Assembly (NCBI GenBank): GCA_031362155.1
Contig: JANLRZ010000206.1
Coordinates: 16,805-80,804, forward strand
Length of the DNA stretch: 64,000 bases
Reading direction: 5' to 3'
Source of the DNA: Acidimicrobiia bacterium
Lineage (GTDB): Bacteria; Actinomycetota; Acidimicrobiia; IMCC26256; JAENVU01
A model generated the notes under the pieces. That model was not told the DNA's origin. It worked only from the letters and a program-made list of their open reading frames with translations, and ran no database searches. A program made the position numbers and the translations under genes. Below are positions 51,611 to 64,000 of this stretch, piece by piece (position 1 is the first letter of the stretch; each line of letters opens with the position of its first letter).

Positions 51611-52930
51611 TCAGTTCAGAACATCGTCGGCGAGGGCGAGCCAGAGCTGGGTCGAAAGCTCGAGGCTCTCTTGATCGACCCGCTCGTCATGGCCATGGAA
51701 CATCCGGGCGTAGTCCTCAAAACCGATCCGTTGGCTGAAGAGTCCGAAGCCATACCCGACTGAGCCCGCCCGCCGGAAGAACCGGTTGTCGGTTCCGCCC
51801 GTCATGATCGTGGGGACCAGAGCCGAACCCTCACACAATCGGCCGGTCACCCGGCTCAGCGATTCCCAGAGCGGTGTGTCGACGGGCGACGCGGTAGCAG
51901 GATCGTCGTTCGAGGAGATCTCGACGCGGTCGGCGAGGTCGCCGATCGCTTCCATGAGCAACGCTTCGGCGGCCGCGCCGGATTGGCCCGGCATCGTGCG
52001 CACATCGACCTGCAGTTCGACGCGATCCGGGATGATGTTCGTCTTTGTGCCGCCGTGTACGACGGTCGGCGCCATCGTTGTGTGGGTGCACGAATGGGCG
52101 ATGCGACCGAGCGCGACCGGCAGGTCGGCGATGAGACCTTCGATCTGTTCCGGGTCGGTGAGCCCCGACGGAAACCCCAGGCCCTCGACGTAGCGACGCC
52201 AGGTGTCGCCGATCTGTACCTCCGGTCGGAACTCGGAGATCCGGCGCACGATCTCGGCCGCCGTCACCAAGGCGTTGTCGGTCTTGTACGCCTGTGAGGC
52301 GTGACTCGGCGTCCCGTGGACGACGATCTTGGACCAGAACGTGCCCTTCTCCTCGACCATGATCGGTAGCCGGGTTCCCATCGGCGTGGGCACCTGATAC
52401 CCGCCCGACTCCGTAATCACGTAATCCGAGCGCATCGCATCGAGTTCGTGCTCGATCAGATACTTCGCACCCCACGTGCCGAGTGCTTCCTCGTCGGCGA
52501 CGCCGAGGAACATGAGCGTGCCCTTCGGCGTGAAGCCCGAGTGGGCAAGGTGCTTGAACGCGACGGCCATCGTGGACGTCAGGTTGAGCATGTCGACCGC
52601 GCCGCGGCCCCAGATCATGCCGTCGTCGAGTTCGGCGCCGAAGGGATCACGCGTCCAGCCATCCGGGTTCACCGGCACGACATCGGTGTGGCCCATCAAC
52701 ATCAGAGTGGGAGCAGCAGGATCAGACCCTTCGATCTTGGCCAGCACGCTGCGCCGCCCCGGTTGGGGCTCGTAGTGCTCGAGGTCGGCACCGCAGCCTT
52801 CGAGATACCCGGTCAGCAGATCCGAGCTGCGAATCTCGTGGCCGGATTCCACCGCACCGTCGTTGACACACTCATTCCGGATCAAGTCCTGGAGGAGCGC
52901 CGTGGCTTCCTTGGTGAGATCGTCGACCAT
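51611..52930 (-). CDS. M20/M25/M40-family metallopeptidase / deacylase
   Basis: LMGHTDVVP, GRGAVDML, ADEE, and a dimerisation-domain pattern. 439 aa. Confidence 0.85.
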   Translation of the reverse strand: MVDDLTKEATALLQDLIRNECVNDGAVESGHEIRSSDLLTGYLEGCGADLEHYEPQPGRRSVLAKIEGSDPAAPTLMLMGHTDVVPVNPDGWTRDPFGAELDDGMIWGRGAVDMLNLTSTMAVAFKHLAHSGFTPKGTLMFLGVADEEALGTWGAKYLIEHELDAMRSDYVITESGGYQVPTPMGTRLPIMVEEKGTFWSKIVVHGTPSHASQAYKTDNALVTAAEIVRRISEFRPEVQIGDTWRRYVEGLGFPSGLTDPEQIEGLIADLPVALGRIAHSCTHTTMAPTVVHGGTKTNIIPDRVELQVDVRTMPGQSGAAAEALLMEAIGDLADRVEISSNDDPATASPVDTPLWESLSRVTGRLCEGSALVPTIMTGGTDNRFFRRAGSVGYGFGLFSQRIGFEDYARMFHGHDERVDQESLELSTQLWLALADDVLN

Positions 52931-52959
52931 CGAAAGGACGGTAGTCCCCCCGGCCGGGT

Positions 52960-54150
52960 TCAGCTCGCGGCCGCAACCCGATACATGAACGTGCCGTCGT
53001 CATCCCATCGTTCGGCTTGGCCGGACTGACGGAGATGTTCGAGGTGAGCGAACGTTTCGCTCTCGGCCATCACACCCCAGTGGCGTTCCGGGAACAGTTC
53101 GTGGGAGAGGCCCACCACGCTCGCCGCTCCGAGCGCGAGGGACGCTTCCCGCAGTTTCTCCATGCGTTCGAAGTGATGATCCTTGATGGCCTCGACCCGG
53201 CCGGGCACATCCTCGAACGGGTGACCGTGCGCCGGCAGACCCAAACGAACGCCATCGAGCGAGCCCACCAGATCCAGGGTGGCCAAGTACGAGTTGAGCG
53301 CATCGCCCTGCCCGGACCCGGCCACGTGCGGAGTGATCGTGGGCAACACGTGATCGCCGGAAAGCAGCACACCGTGTTCGGGGTCGTAGAGACACAGATG
53401 ATCCAAGGTGTGGCCCGGCGTATGCACCGCAAGCCAGTCTCGACCACCCAACCGGATCGGCGAACCGTGACGAACTCGGCGGGTCGGATCCGGCGGTGCG
53501 AACAACAGCCGCATCGCCCGGATCATCATGCGTCGGGAGAGCGGCGGGTTGGGGTGGGTACTTCCACCCCAAGGGGTCGTGCCGCCCCACGGGACCGACA
53601 TGCGCTGGGTCTCGGCGGTGATGTCGTCGAGCGCGGCGTGATCGTCGTCGGTCATCGACGGCAACTCGTCGAGTGACGGTCCGTGATAGTGCGCGGCTTC
53701 GGCGATCGCCGCTTGTTCCAGACGCTCGGCGTCGGATTCACTCAGCGTCGCACCGCGACGTTGGAGCGACCACGTCGTGAACGCCTTGTGCGCAATCAGT
53801 TGCGCTCCCGCCTCCTTCTTGATCCGACCCGCCGCCCCGAAGTGGTCGGGGTGCGAGTGGGTCACGAGCACCGTGTGAATGTCTTTCACCTTGTAACCCG
53901 CCGATGCGAGACGCGACTTCAACGCCTTCCAGCTCGACGGGCCCGGCAGACCCGGGTCGACCACCGCCAGGCCGCGGTCGTCCATCAGGCCGTACATGTT
54001 CACGTGGCCCAGGCCCGGCAGCCAGATCGGCAGTTGCATGCGCAACACCCCCGGTGCCACTTCGGTGATCTCCTCCGAAGCGTGTTCCTGTTCCTGTTTG
54101 GGTGGCCTGGACGCCCGCGGGTCGCCCGGCCGACTGGCAATGTCGGTCAC
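52960..54150 (-). CDS. MBL-fold metallo-hydrolase
   Basis: GTG 54150 overlaps the amidase stop (GTGA at 54147-54150). HxHxDH motif THSHPDHFGAAG. The ORF-track extension to 54774 lies out of frame inside the amidase gene. Confidence 0.85.
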   Translation of the reverse strand: MTDIASRPGDPRASRPPKQEQEHASEEITEVAPGVLRMQLPIWLPGLGHVNMYGLMDDRGLAVVDPGLPGPSSWKALKSRLASAGYKVKDIHTVLVTHSHPDHFGAAGRIKKEAGAQLIAHKAFTTWSLQRRGATLSESDAERLEQAAIAEAAHYHGPSLDELPSMTDDDHAALDDITAETQRMSVPWGGTTPWGGSTHPNPPLSRRMMIRAMRLLFAPPDPTRRVRHGSPIRLGGRDWLAVHTPGHTLDHLCLYDPEHGVLLSGDHVLPTITPHVAGSGQGDALNSYLATLDLVGSLDGVRLGLPAHGHPFEDVPGRVEAIKDHHFERMEKLREASLALGAASVVGLSHELFPERHWGVMAESETFAHLEHLRQSGQAERWDDDGTFMYRVAAAS

Positions 54151-55583
54151 GCCGGGAGCGTACCCGGGGCGAACTTCGGCCACGGACGGACCGCCTCGAG
54201 CACCGCGCCTGCCGCGAGACACAACTCGTCTTCGTGCCGACGGGCCACGATCTGGAGTCCGCAGGGCATCCCACCAACCAGCGCCGACGGTATCGACATT
54301 CCGGGCTGACCGGTCATGTTGAACGGCACTGTGAACGGTGCCGAGAGGTACAACAGATCGACCTCGCGACCGTTGAGATCGCCGACGAGGGTGCCCTCGG
54401 CCTGGTACGCGGTGGTCGGCGTGGTCGGGACCAACAGGAGGTCGACCTGGTCGAACACCTCGGCCGACGCACACAGAACCTCTTGGCGACGCCGTACTGC
54501 CGCGCCGAGGTGACGCGCCCGCAGCCTCGGCAACCCCTCGACCGAGATCCGCGCCAGGACGTCGAGTTCGTCGATCTGTTCGGTGCACCGATCGAGCTTC
54601 CACGCGGCCAGGTCGCCGGCGCCCAGCATCCCCCACGCGCGGCCGGGCTTCGGGAACGCCATCGGAACATCGATCAGTTCGAGGCCGACCGCCTCGACCA
54701 ACGCCATCGCGAGGTCGTGGGTCGAGGCTTCCACCGCGTGATCGGTTTCGGCGTACCCGAGGGTGGAGCTCCACGCAACCCGTCGACCGCGCAGAAGATC
54801 GCGAGCACGGTCGACGTCGGCCACGAGCGGCTCGTAGGGCGCGGGCCGGGGCAGCGAGGTGGGATCGGCCACGTGCGGACCACTCGTCGCGTCGAGGTAG
54901 CGCGCTGCATCACGGACCGACCGCACCATGGGACCACTGACCGAGGTGAGGCCGGTGTCGAACGGGTCGTGCATGCCGCCGTGCGCGATGCGTCCGAACG
55001 TGGGCTTCATGCCCGGCAATCCGGTATAGGCCGACGGGATCCGAATCGAACCACCACCGTCACTCCCGGTGCACAGCGGCAACAGGCCCGCCGAGATCGC
55101 CGCCGCTGACCCGCCCGACGAGCCACCCGGCGTACGGTCGGTATTCCACGGGTTGCGCGTCACGCCATGGAGTGGACTCGCCGTGTAGCTCGGGATCCCG
55201 AACTCCGGGGCCGTGGTCAACGCGGTGACCACCGCGCCCGCGCCCCGCAGGCCGGCCACCTCGGGACAATCCTCGGGCGCGATCTCGTCGCGATACACGA
55301 CGGATGCGTGCGTGTCCGGGAACCCCTTCGCCTGGGCCAGTTCCTTCACGCCGAGCGGCACACCCGCGAACCGGCCCGGATCCTCACCGCGAGCCACCGC
55401 CGCGTCGATCTCGACGGCGCGAGCCCGCGCGCCCTCCTCATCCAGGAAGCACACCGCGTTGAGTCCGCCATTGCGATCGGCGATCCGCGCCAGCGACTCT
55501 TCGAGGATCGCAGTCGACGAGATCTCCCCACTGCGAACGGCGTCAGCCAGCTGCCACGCATCCTGTTGCCAGAGTTGAGTCAT
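54147..55583 (-). CDS. Amidase (amidase-signature family)
   Basis: GGSSGGSAAAISAG signature, catalytic Lys region LGVKEL. The ATG overlaps the upstream stop (ATGA at 55580-55583). Confidence 0.95.
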   Translation of the reverse strand: MTQLWQQDAWQLADAVRSGEISSTAILEESLARIADRNGGLNAVCFLDEEGARARAVEIDAAVARGEDPGRFAGVPLGVKELAQAKGFPDTHASVVYRDEIAPEDCPEVAGLRGAGAVVTALTTAPEFGIPSYTASPLHGVTRNPWNTDRTPGGSSGGSAAAISAGLLPLCTGSDGGGSIRIPSAYTGLPGMKPTFGRIAHGGMHDPFDTGLTSVSGPMVRSVRDAARYLDATSGPHVADPTSLPRPAPYEPLVADVDRARDLLRGRRVAWSSTLGYAETDHAVEASTHDLAMALVEAVGLELIDVPMAFPKPGRAWGMLGAGDLAAWKLDRCTEQIDELDVLARISVEGLPRLRARHLGAAVRRRQEVLCASAEVFDQVDLLLVPTTPTTAYQAEGTLVGDLNGREVDLLYLSAPFTVPFNMTGQPGMSIPSALVGGMPCGLQIVARRHEDELCLAAGAVLEAVRPWPKFAPGTLPA

Positions 55584-57007
55584 CCGACGGCTCCTTCGGC
55601 CACGTCGACGGGTTGATCGGCGTGGCGTAGCTCGGCGAGGGCGGTAAGGAGATCGTCGCCCAGTTCATCAAGATCGGGATTGGCATCAGCGTCGGCGTAC
55701 AGCCCGAAGTGCAAGGTGTCGCAGTACGACAAGATCGCGATGCCCAGACTCAGATTGTGCGTGAGTGGCACCAAGGGGTACGCCGCCTTCATGCGCCCGC
55801 CGAGGCAGTAGAGCGGCACCGGCGGTCCCGGGACGTTGGTGACCACGAGGTTCACGAACGGTTGGCGATGAATCGCCCGGGCGGCCAGACCCAAGAGCGT
55901 GGGCGCCGCGAAGTGGGTGAGGTCGAGCAAGAACGATGCGCCGACCGCTTGCTCCCGATCTTTCAGCGCCCGGGTGCACACACTGATCTCGCGCAGTCGC
56001 GTCACGGCATCGGGCTCGGCGATCGGGAGATCGACGAAGAGCGCTGAGATTTGGTTTCCGAGCTCGACATCGCTTCCGGGCTCGCGCACCGACACCGGGC
56101 ACAAGACCCGCAGGTGCTCCGGAAGGTCGTCGCCCCGGTCGATGAACCGCCGCCGCAACGCGCCGCTCACGATCGCCAGCACCACGTCGTTCACCGTGCC
56201 ACCACTCGTGCCCCGGATGGTCTGGACCTCGGCAAGCGGGATGGGCACGCCGACGAAACGGCGACGACGGCCCACGTCCACGTTGAGCGATGTACGCGGG
56301 GCGATCGGCGATCGATCGAACAGACTGCGGATTCCCTGACCCACCCGACTGGTCTTCTCCACGGCCCGATGCGGCGCGCGGGCCAGACCGCGCATCGTGC
56401 GCGCGATCTCGGTAGGTTCGGTCGAGCGTTCGACCAGCGTGTCGGCCAGCAGCCGAGCACTCGACGGTGCGGGTTCGGCGGTCCACGGTGGCGGCGGTTC
56501 GACCACGAAGTCCGGCGTGATATCGAGCAGCACCGTGGCCACGTCGACGCCCGACACCCCGTCGGTCATCGCGTGATGGGTCTTGTGGAGGAGCCCGACC
56601 GACCCATCCTCGAGCCCTTCGACGAACCACAGCTCCCACAACGGTCGCGAGCGGTCGAGCATGTGCGCTTGCACCCGGGCCGTGAGCTCGAGCAGTTGAC
56701 TCCACGAGCCGGGACGCGCCAACGCGGTCAACCGCACATGATACGAGATGTCGAATCGATCGTCATCTACCCAGATGGGGCGACCCTGTTCCATCGGCAC
56801 CGACATCAGGCGCTGACGGAACTTGGGGATCTGGTGCAAACGAGAAGCGACGAGCGCTCGGACATCTGCGAGTCGAAACCGGCCAGAGGCATCGAAGAAC
56901 GGCGCCCCCTCGAACGTGGCGAGCGTGCCCACGTGCATCGGAGTCTCGGGGGACTCCAGGTGCAGGAAGGAGGTGTCGAGCGAGCTCAACCGTTGGTACA
57001 CCGTCAC
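55580..57007 (-). CDS. Wax ester synthase / diacylglycerol O-acyltransferase (WS/DGAT)
   Basis: Active site HHAMTDGVSG (HHxxxDG). N-terminus ...YQRLSSLDTSFLHLE. Start is ambiguous between GTG 57007/57001 and ATG 57067. Confidence 0.9.
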   Translation of the reverse strand: MTVYQRLSSLDTSFLHLESPETPMHVGTLATFEGAPFFDASGRFRLADVRALVASRLHQIPKFRQRLMSVPMEQGRPIWVDDDRFDISYHVRLTALARPGSWSQLLELTARVQAHMLDRSRPLWELWFVEGLEDGSVGLLHKTHHAMTDGVSGVDVATVLLDITPDFVVEPPPPWTAEPAPSSARLLADTLVERSTEPTEIARTMRGLARAPHRAVEKTSRVGQGIRSLFDRSPIAPRTSLNVDVGRRRRFVGVPIPLAEVQTIRGTSGGTVNDVVLAIVSGALRRRFIDRGDDLPEHLRVLCPVSVREPGSDVELGNQISALFVDLPIAEPDAVTRLREISVCTRALKDREQAVGASFLLDLTHFAAPTLLGLAARAIHRQPFVNLVVTNVPGPPVPLYCLGGRMKAAYPLVPLTHNLSLGIAILSYCDTLHFGLYADADANPDLDELGDDLLTALAELRHADQPVDVAEGAVG

Positions 57008-57065
57008 GTGGCGGATCGTACCGGCCGGCGGTGAAGTCGGGTCGGGGTGCCAGTAGCGTCGCCTC

Positions 57066-57551
57066 ATGCAAACGGCGGCCGCACTCTGGCAGATCTCTCC
57101 CGAGCTCGTACTCGCGATGGACGCCGACCTCGGCCTCCCCGTCGACAGCTACGTCAACGGTTCCCAGACCTGGTTCACCGGAGAGCCAGTCCTGGAGTGG
57201 CGCCTGCATCCGGTGAAGGGATATCAGCCGCCCCCCGGGCTCTCCCCGTACGACCTCTGGGAAATCGTCGTCGGTTCGCTCGAACGTGACAACGATCCCA
57301 CCGCGATTCCGCTCGGCTCGGAGGCACGCGCCTTGACCGGTCTCTGGGACGGCCTCGAATGCTTCCCGGCCTATGGCGACGAACTCGAACCTGCGACCCT
57401 CGCCGAGCGGGTCCGTGAGGTCCTGACCATCGCGCCGGCGGCCTGCGGCCTGGTCGACCACGAGGTGGTCGGGAACGAGTGGGAGCGCACCCAGGGCGCA
57501 ATCTCGATCGTCAGCCTGCTCGGCGAACAGCTCGGTCTCACCGCTCGCTGA
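57066..57551 (+). CDS. Hypothetical protein
   Basis: 161-aa acidic ORF divergent from WS/DGAT. No domain recognised. Confidence 0.45.
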   Translation: MQTAAALWQISPELVLAMDADLGLPVDSYVNGSQTWFTGEPVLEWRLHPVKGYQPPPGLSPYDLWEIVVGSLERDNDPTAIPLGSEARALTGLWDGLECFPAYGDELEPATLAERVREVLTIAPAACGLVDHEVVGNEWERTQGAISIVSLLGEQLGLTAR

Positions 57552-57575
57552 CGATCACCGGCCGCGGCCGCGTCG

Positions 57576-58250
57576 TCAGTCGCCCCGCCACGGTGGGGTC
57601 CGAGGCAAGTCGAAATCGGCGGGGAAGGTCTCACCATCGATCGCCCGGAATGCGAGTTCGCCCCACCGGTGAATCCCGGCGATCGGCTGCGGGAGCCGGT
57701 CTCGGGGGAAGAACCCGACCGCACGGGTCTCGAGCGGATGCCCGCGAAGCTCCCCGCCGATCATGCGACAGTGGAAGACCAGCGAATACATGGGGATCCG
57801 GGCGAACCCGAGGCGGAGACCGTCGAGCACGGTGATCAGCGACTGCACCTCCACTTCGATCCCGGTCTCTTCGTAGACCTCCTTGATTGCGATCTCCGAC
57901 GGGGAGTACCCGACGTCGGCCCACCCAACGGGGTAGAGCCAGATACCGCTGTCGGCCCGTTGCGTGAGCAGGATCTCGCCAGCCTCGTTCCCGACGATCG
58001 CCGCGACGGCGACCTTGGGGGTGACGTAGCCCGCAACGCCCTCGCCGACGGTGCTCAGCCATTCCTCGTAGAGCGCCTCGGCTCCCGCCTCTTCGATGGC
58101 TGCGGCACGGATGTCGGCAGCGACTTTGAGCACCTCCTCGAACCGTTCCTGTTCGTACAGACTCTGGGTGAAACCCAGGCCGGTTCGCGCGATGGCCGAG
58201 AGTGTCTCGGCCCACCGCAATACATCCGAGGCAGCGATCGCGTCATCCAT
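57576..58250 (-). CDS. NUDIX hydrolase with NUDIX N-terminal helical domain
   Basis: Nudix box GWADVGYSPSEIAIKEVYEETGIEV. N-terminal LRWAETLSAIARTGLGFTQSLYEQERF. Confidence 0.85.
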   Translation of the reverse strand: MDDAIAASDVLRWAETLSAIARTGLGFTQSLYEQERFEEVLKVAADIRAAAIEEAGAEALYEEWLSTVGEGVAGYVTPKVAVAAIVGNEAGEILLTQRADSGIWLYPVGWADVGYSPSEIAIKEVYEETGIEVEVQSLITVLDGLRLGFARIPMYSLVFHCRMIGGELRGHPLETRAVGFFPRDRLPQPIAGIHRWGELAFRAIDGETFPADFDLPRTPPWRGD

Positions 58251-58261
58251 CGCCGCGGAAC

Positions 58262-62279
<4,018 letters not shown>

Positions 62280-62354
62280 CGTCACCCTCCCGTGTAGGTG
62301 ACGGCATTCTGCCAATACCGAGCCCCTGCCGCGCAAATGGGTTTTGGAGGAGGG

Positions 62355-64000
62355 TCAGCTCCCCCACGCGCCGCGTTCGTCGATCCAGGGCTGGGCGTGG
62401 AGGAGACCGGCGAACTCGTTGGGATCGCGCGGTCCCGAGAACCAGTAGCCCTGGGCTCGATCGCAACCCAGTCGCAAGAGTTCCTGCAACTGCCCACTCG
62501 TCTCGACGCCCTCGGCCACCACCGACAGGCCCAGCGCGTGACCGAGGCTGACGACGGCGGTGACGATGGCGGAGTCCTCGGAATCGGTGCCGAGCCCGTC
62601 GACGAAGGAGCGGTCGACTTTGACCGAGTCGACCGGGAACCGCTTGAGGTAACCGAGCGATGAGTATCCGGTGCCGAAGTCGTCGATGGAGAGCCGCACC
62701 CCGAGATCCCGCAGTGATTGCATCGCACTGACGGACGAGTCCTCCATGAGGACACTCTCGGTGATCTCGAGACAGATGCGAGACGCCATGGGACCGCTGC
62801 GCTCGATGACCGCTCGCACCTTCTCCGCCAGGTCGCTCTGGGCCACCTGCCGGGCCGAGAGGTTGACTGCCATCGTGAACTCGGGGCTGAGCAATCCGAC
62901 CTCTTCCCACCGCGCCACGGTGCGGCAAGCTTCGGCGAGCGCCCATTCCCCGATGGGGATGATCAAACCCGACTCTTCGGCCAGGCCAATGAAGGCGTCG
63001 GGCGTGACCAGACCGCGGTCGGGATGCTGCCAACGCAACAAGGCTTCCGCTCCGGTGCAGCGGCCGGTACGGAGGTCGACGATCGGTTGCAGGAACAACC
63101 GGAACTCGTCGCGCTCGAGTGCACGCTCCAACTGACTTTCCAGATCGAGGCGGGCGTCCAGGTGCGAACGCATCGCGTCGTCGAAGACCTCGCATCGCGC
63201 CTTGCCATGCTCCTTGGCGCTGTACATCGCGGCGTCGGCATCGCGGAGGAGGTCCTCGGCCGTCGAGTCCGGTGCCGCCATGGCAATCCCGAGACTCGCC
63301 GAGAGCTTGCGGTCCTCACCGTCGATCGAGATGGGTTGTTCGATCACGTCAAGCAGCCGACGGGCAACCTCGCGCGCCTGCGCCTCGGCCCGCGCCGGAT
63401 CCAGGCTGTCGCACAGCACGGTGAACTCGTCACCACCGAAACGGGCGACGACATCACTCGGACGCATCGCGTCCTGGAGACGGTGGGCCAACTCCGCGAG
63501 CAGCTCATCCCCTACGTCATGACCGAGTCCGTCATTGATGTGCTTGAAGCGATCGAGGTCGAGAAACAGCACCGCGAGCGTGCCGCCGTCGCGCTGGGAT
63601 CGCGCCAGCGACATCGACAGGAACTCGAGGAACAGCGCCCGATTGGGCAGGCTCGTGAGCGAGTCGTGGTTCGCCCGGTGGGCCAGCAGATCCTCGGCCA
63701 CTTGACGCTCGATCGCGATTGCTGCGGTCTGGGAGAACATCTGCACGACTTCACGCTCGTGCGGCGACGGCTCGTGGGAGTGATCGAAGAAGATCGCGAG
63801 TGTCCCGATGATTCGCTGACCGTTGGAATCGAAGACCGGCGTCGACCAGACGCCGGCCACGCCGACCCGACGGGCAACGTCGCGCAACGACGTGGTGCGC
63901 GGGTCTGCGTCGATATCGAGCACCACTGCGGTCGAGCCCAGGGCGGCGGTAGATCCGAAGGCATCCTCGGTCCCCCCGATCTGAATGCCCTCGCACGCCT
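62355..64000 (-). CDS. GAF-GGDEF-EAL c-di-GMP turnover protein (5' end outside window)
   Basis: The frame stays open to nt 64000; the ORF-track 'M' at 63926 is an internal GTG. End of a GAF domain, then GGDEF (RFGGDEFTVL) and EAL (EALLRW, DDFGTGYSSL, KVDRSFV). Confidence 0.9.
   Translation of the reverse strand, partial: ACEGIQIGGTEDAFGSTAALGSTAVVLDIDADPRTTSLRDVARRVGVAGVWSTPVFDSNGQRIIGTLAIFFDHSHEPSPHEREVVQMFSQTAAIAIERQVAEDLLAHRANHDSLTSLPNRALFLEFLSMSLARSQRDGGTLAVLFLDLDRFKHINDGLGHDVGDELLAELAHRLQDAMRPSDVVARFGGDEFTVLCDSLDPARAEAQAREVARRLLDVIEQPISIDGEDRKLSASLGIAMAAPDSTAEDLLRDADAAMYSAKEHGKARCEVFDDAMRSHLDARLDLESQLERALERDEFRLFLQPIVDLRTGRCTGAEALLRWQHPDRGLVTPDAFIGLAEESGLIIPIGEWALAEACRTVARWEEVGLLSPEFTMAVNLSARQVAQSDLAEKVRAVIERSGPMASRICLEITESVLMEDSSVSAMQSLRDLGVRLSIDDFGTGYSSLGYLKRFPVDSVKVDRSFVDGLGTDSEDSAIVTAVVSLGHALGLSVVAEGVETSGQLQELLRLGCDRAQGYWFSGPRDPNEFAGLLHAQPWIDERGAWGS

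Noticed and set aside
54151-54774. N-terminal extension of the MBL hydrolase ORF; similar extensions at 26432-26965 (PGPGW ORF) and 44225-44509 (tldD)
   Set aside because: Each extension lies out of frame inside, or runs past, a better-supported neighbouring gene and is Arg/Pro-rich. Internal starts give 4-nt overlaps or an RBS-supported start.

Overview
High-GC (about 68-70%) chromosomal segment with clear actinobacterial signatures: a WhiB-family regulator, a PAC2 protein, a mycothiol-type DinB/MDMPI protein, a Ruc-like zinc ribbon next to a SAF-domain gene, galU-moeA, and amt-glnK-glnD. GTG and TTG starts and 4-nt start/stop overlaps are frequent. I call about 55 protein genes, one tRNA-Ala(CGC) and a few hairpins and repeats. 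I saw no CRISPR array, rRNA, transposase, integrase or phage genes. The 'M' at the start of ORF-track proteins is often GTG or TTG, and several long ORF-track calls are 5'-over-extended, so I re-set those starts using RBS, signal-peptide and overlap evidence. Content from left to right: an oxygenase/acyl-CoA catabolic cluster (P450, ABM, crotonase, two ACADs, MaoC, BVMO, SnoaL-like, LLM, ALDH) interrupted by a hydrolase::adenylate-cyclase fusion and secreted proteins; an ABC-F gene followed by an FtsX/ABC pair; GH10 xylanase; a Ca-type P-ATPase with a coupled PGPGW protein; secreted lipid hydrolases; a translin-like gene; moaA, moaC and moeA; TldD/PmbA; a lipid-headgroup operon; a WS/DGAT-amidase-MBL operon; and nitrogen-control genes, flanked by GGDEF proteins at both window edges. 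The best candidates for something undescribed are: (1) a MacB/FtsX-type ABC transporter whose ATPase carries a C-terminal cyclic-nucleotide-binding domain (19669-21673); (2) a translationally coupled flippase-like / IPC-synthase-like PAP2 / methyltransferase operon (45602-48047); (3) a bacterial translin-family gene paired with a disordered 3-TM protein (33275-34444); and (4) an unexplained 285-bp structured non-coding region upstream of moaA (36232-36516). All family assignments come from motif reading by eye, with no database search.
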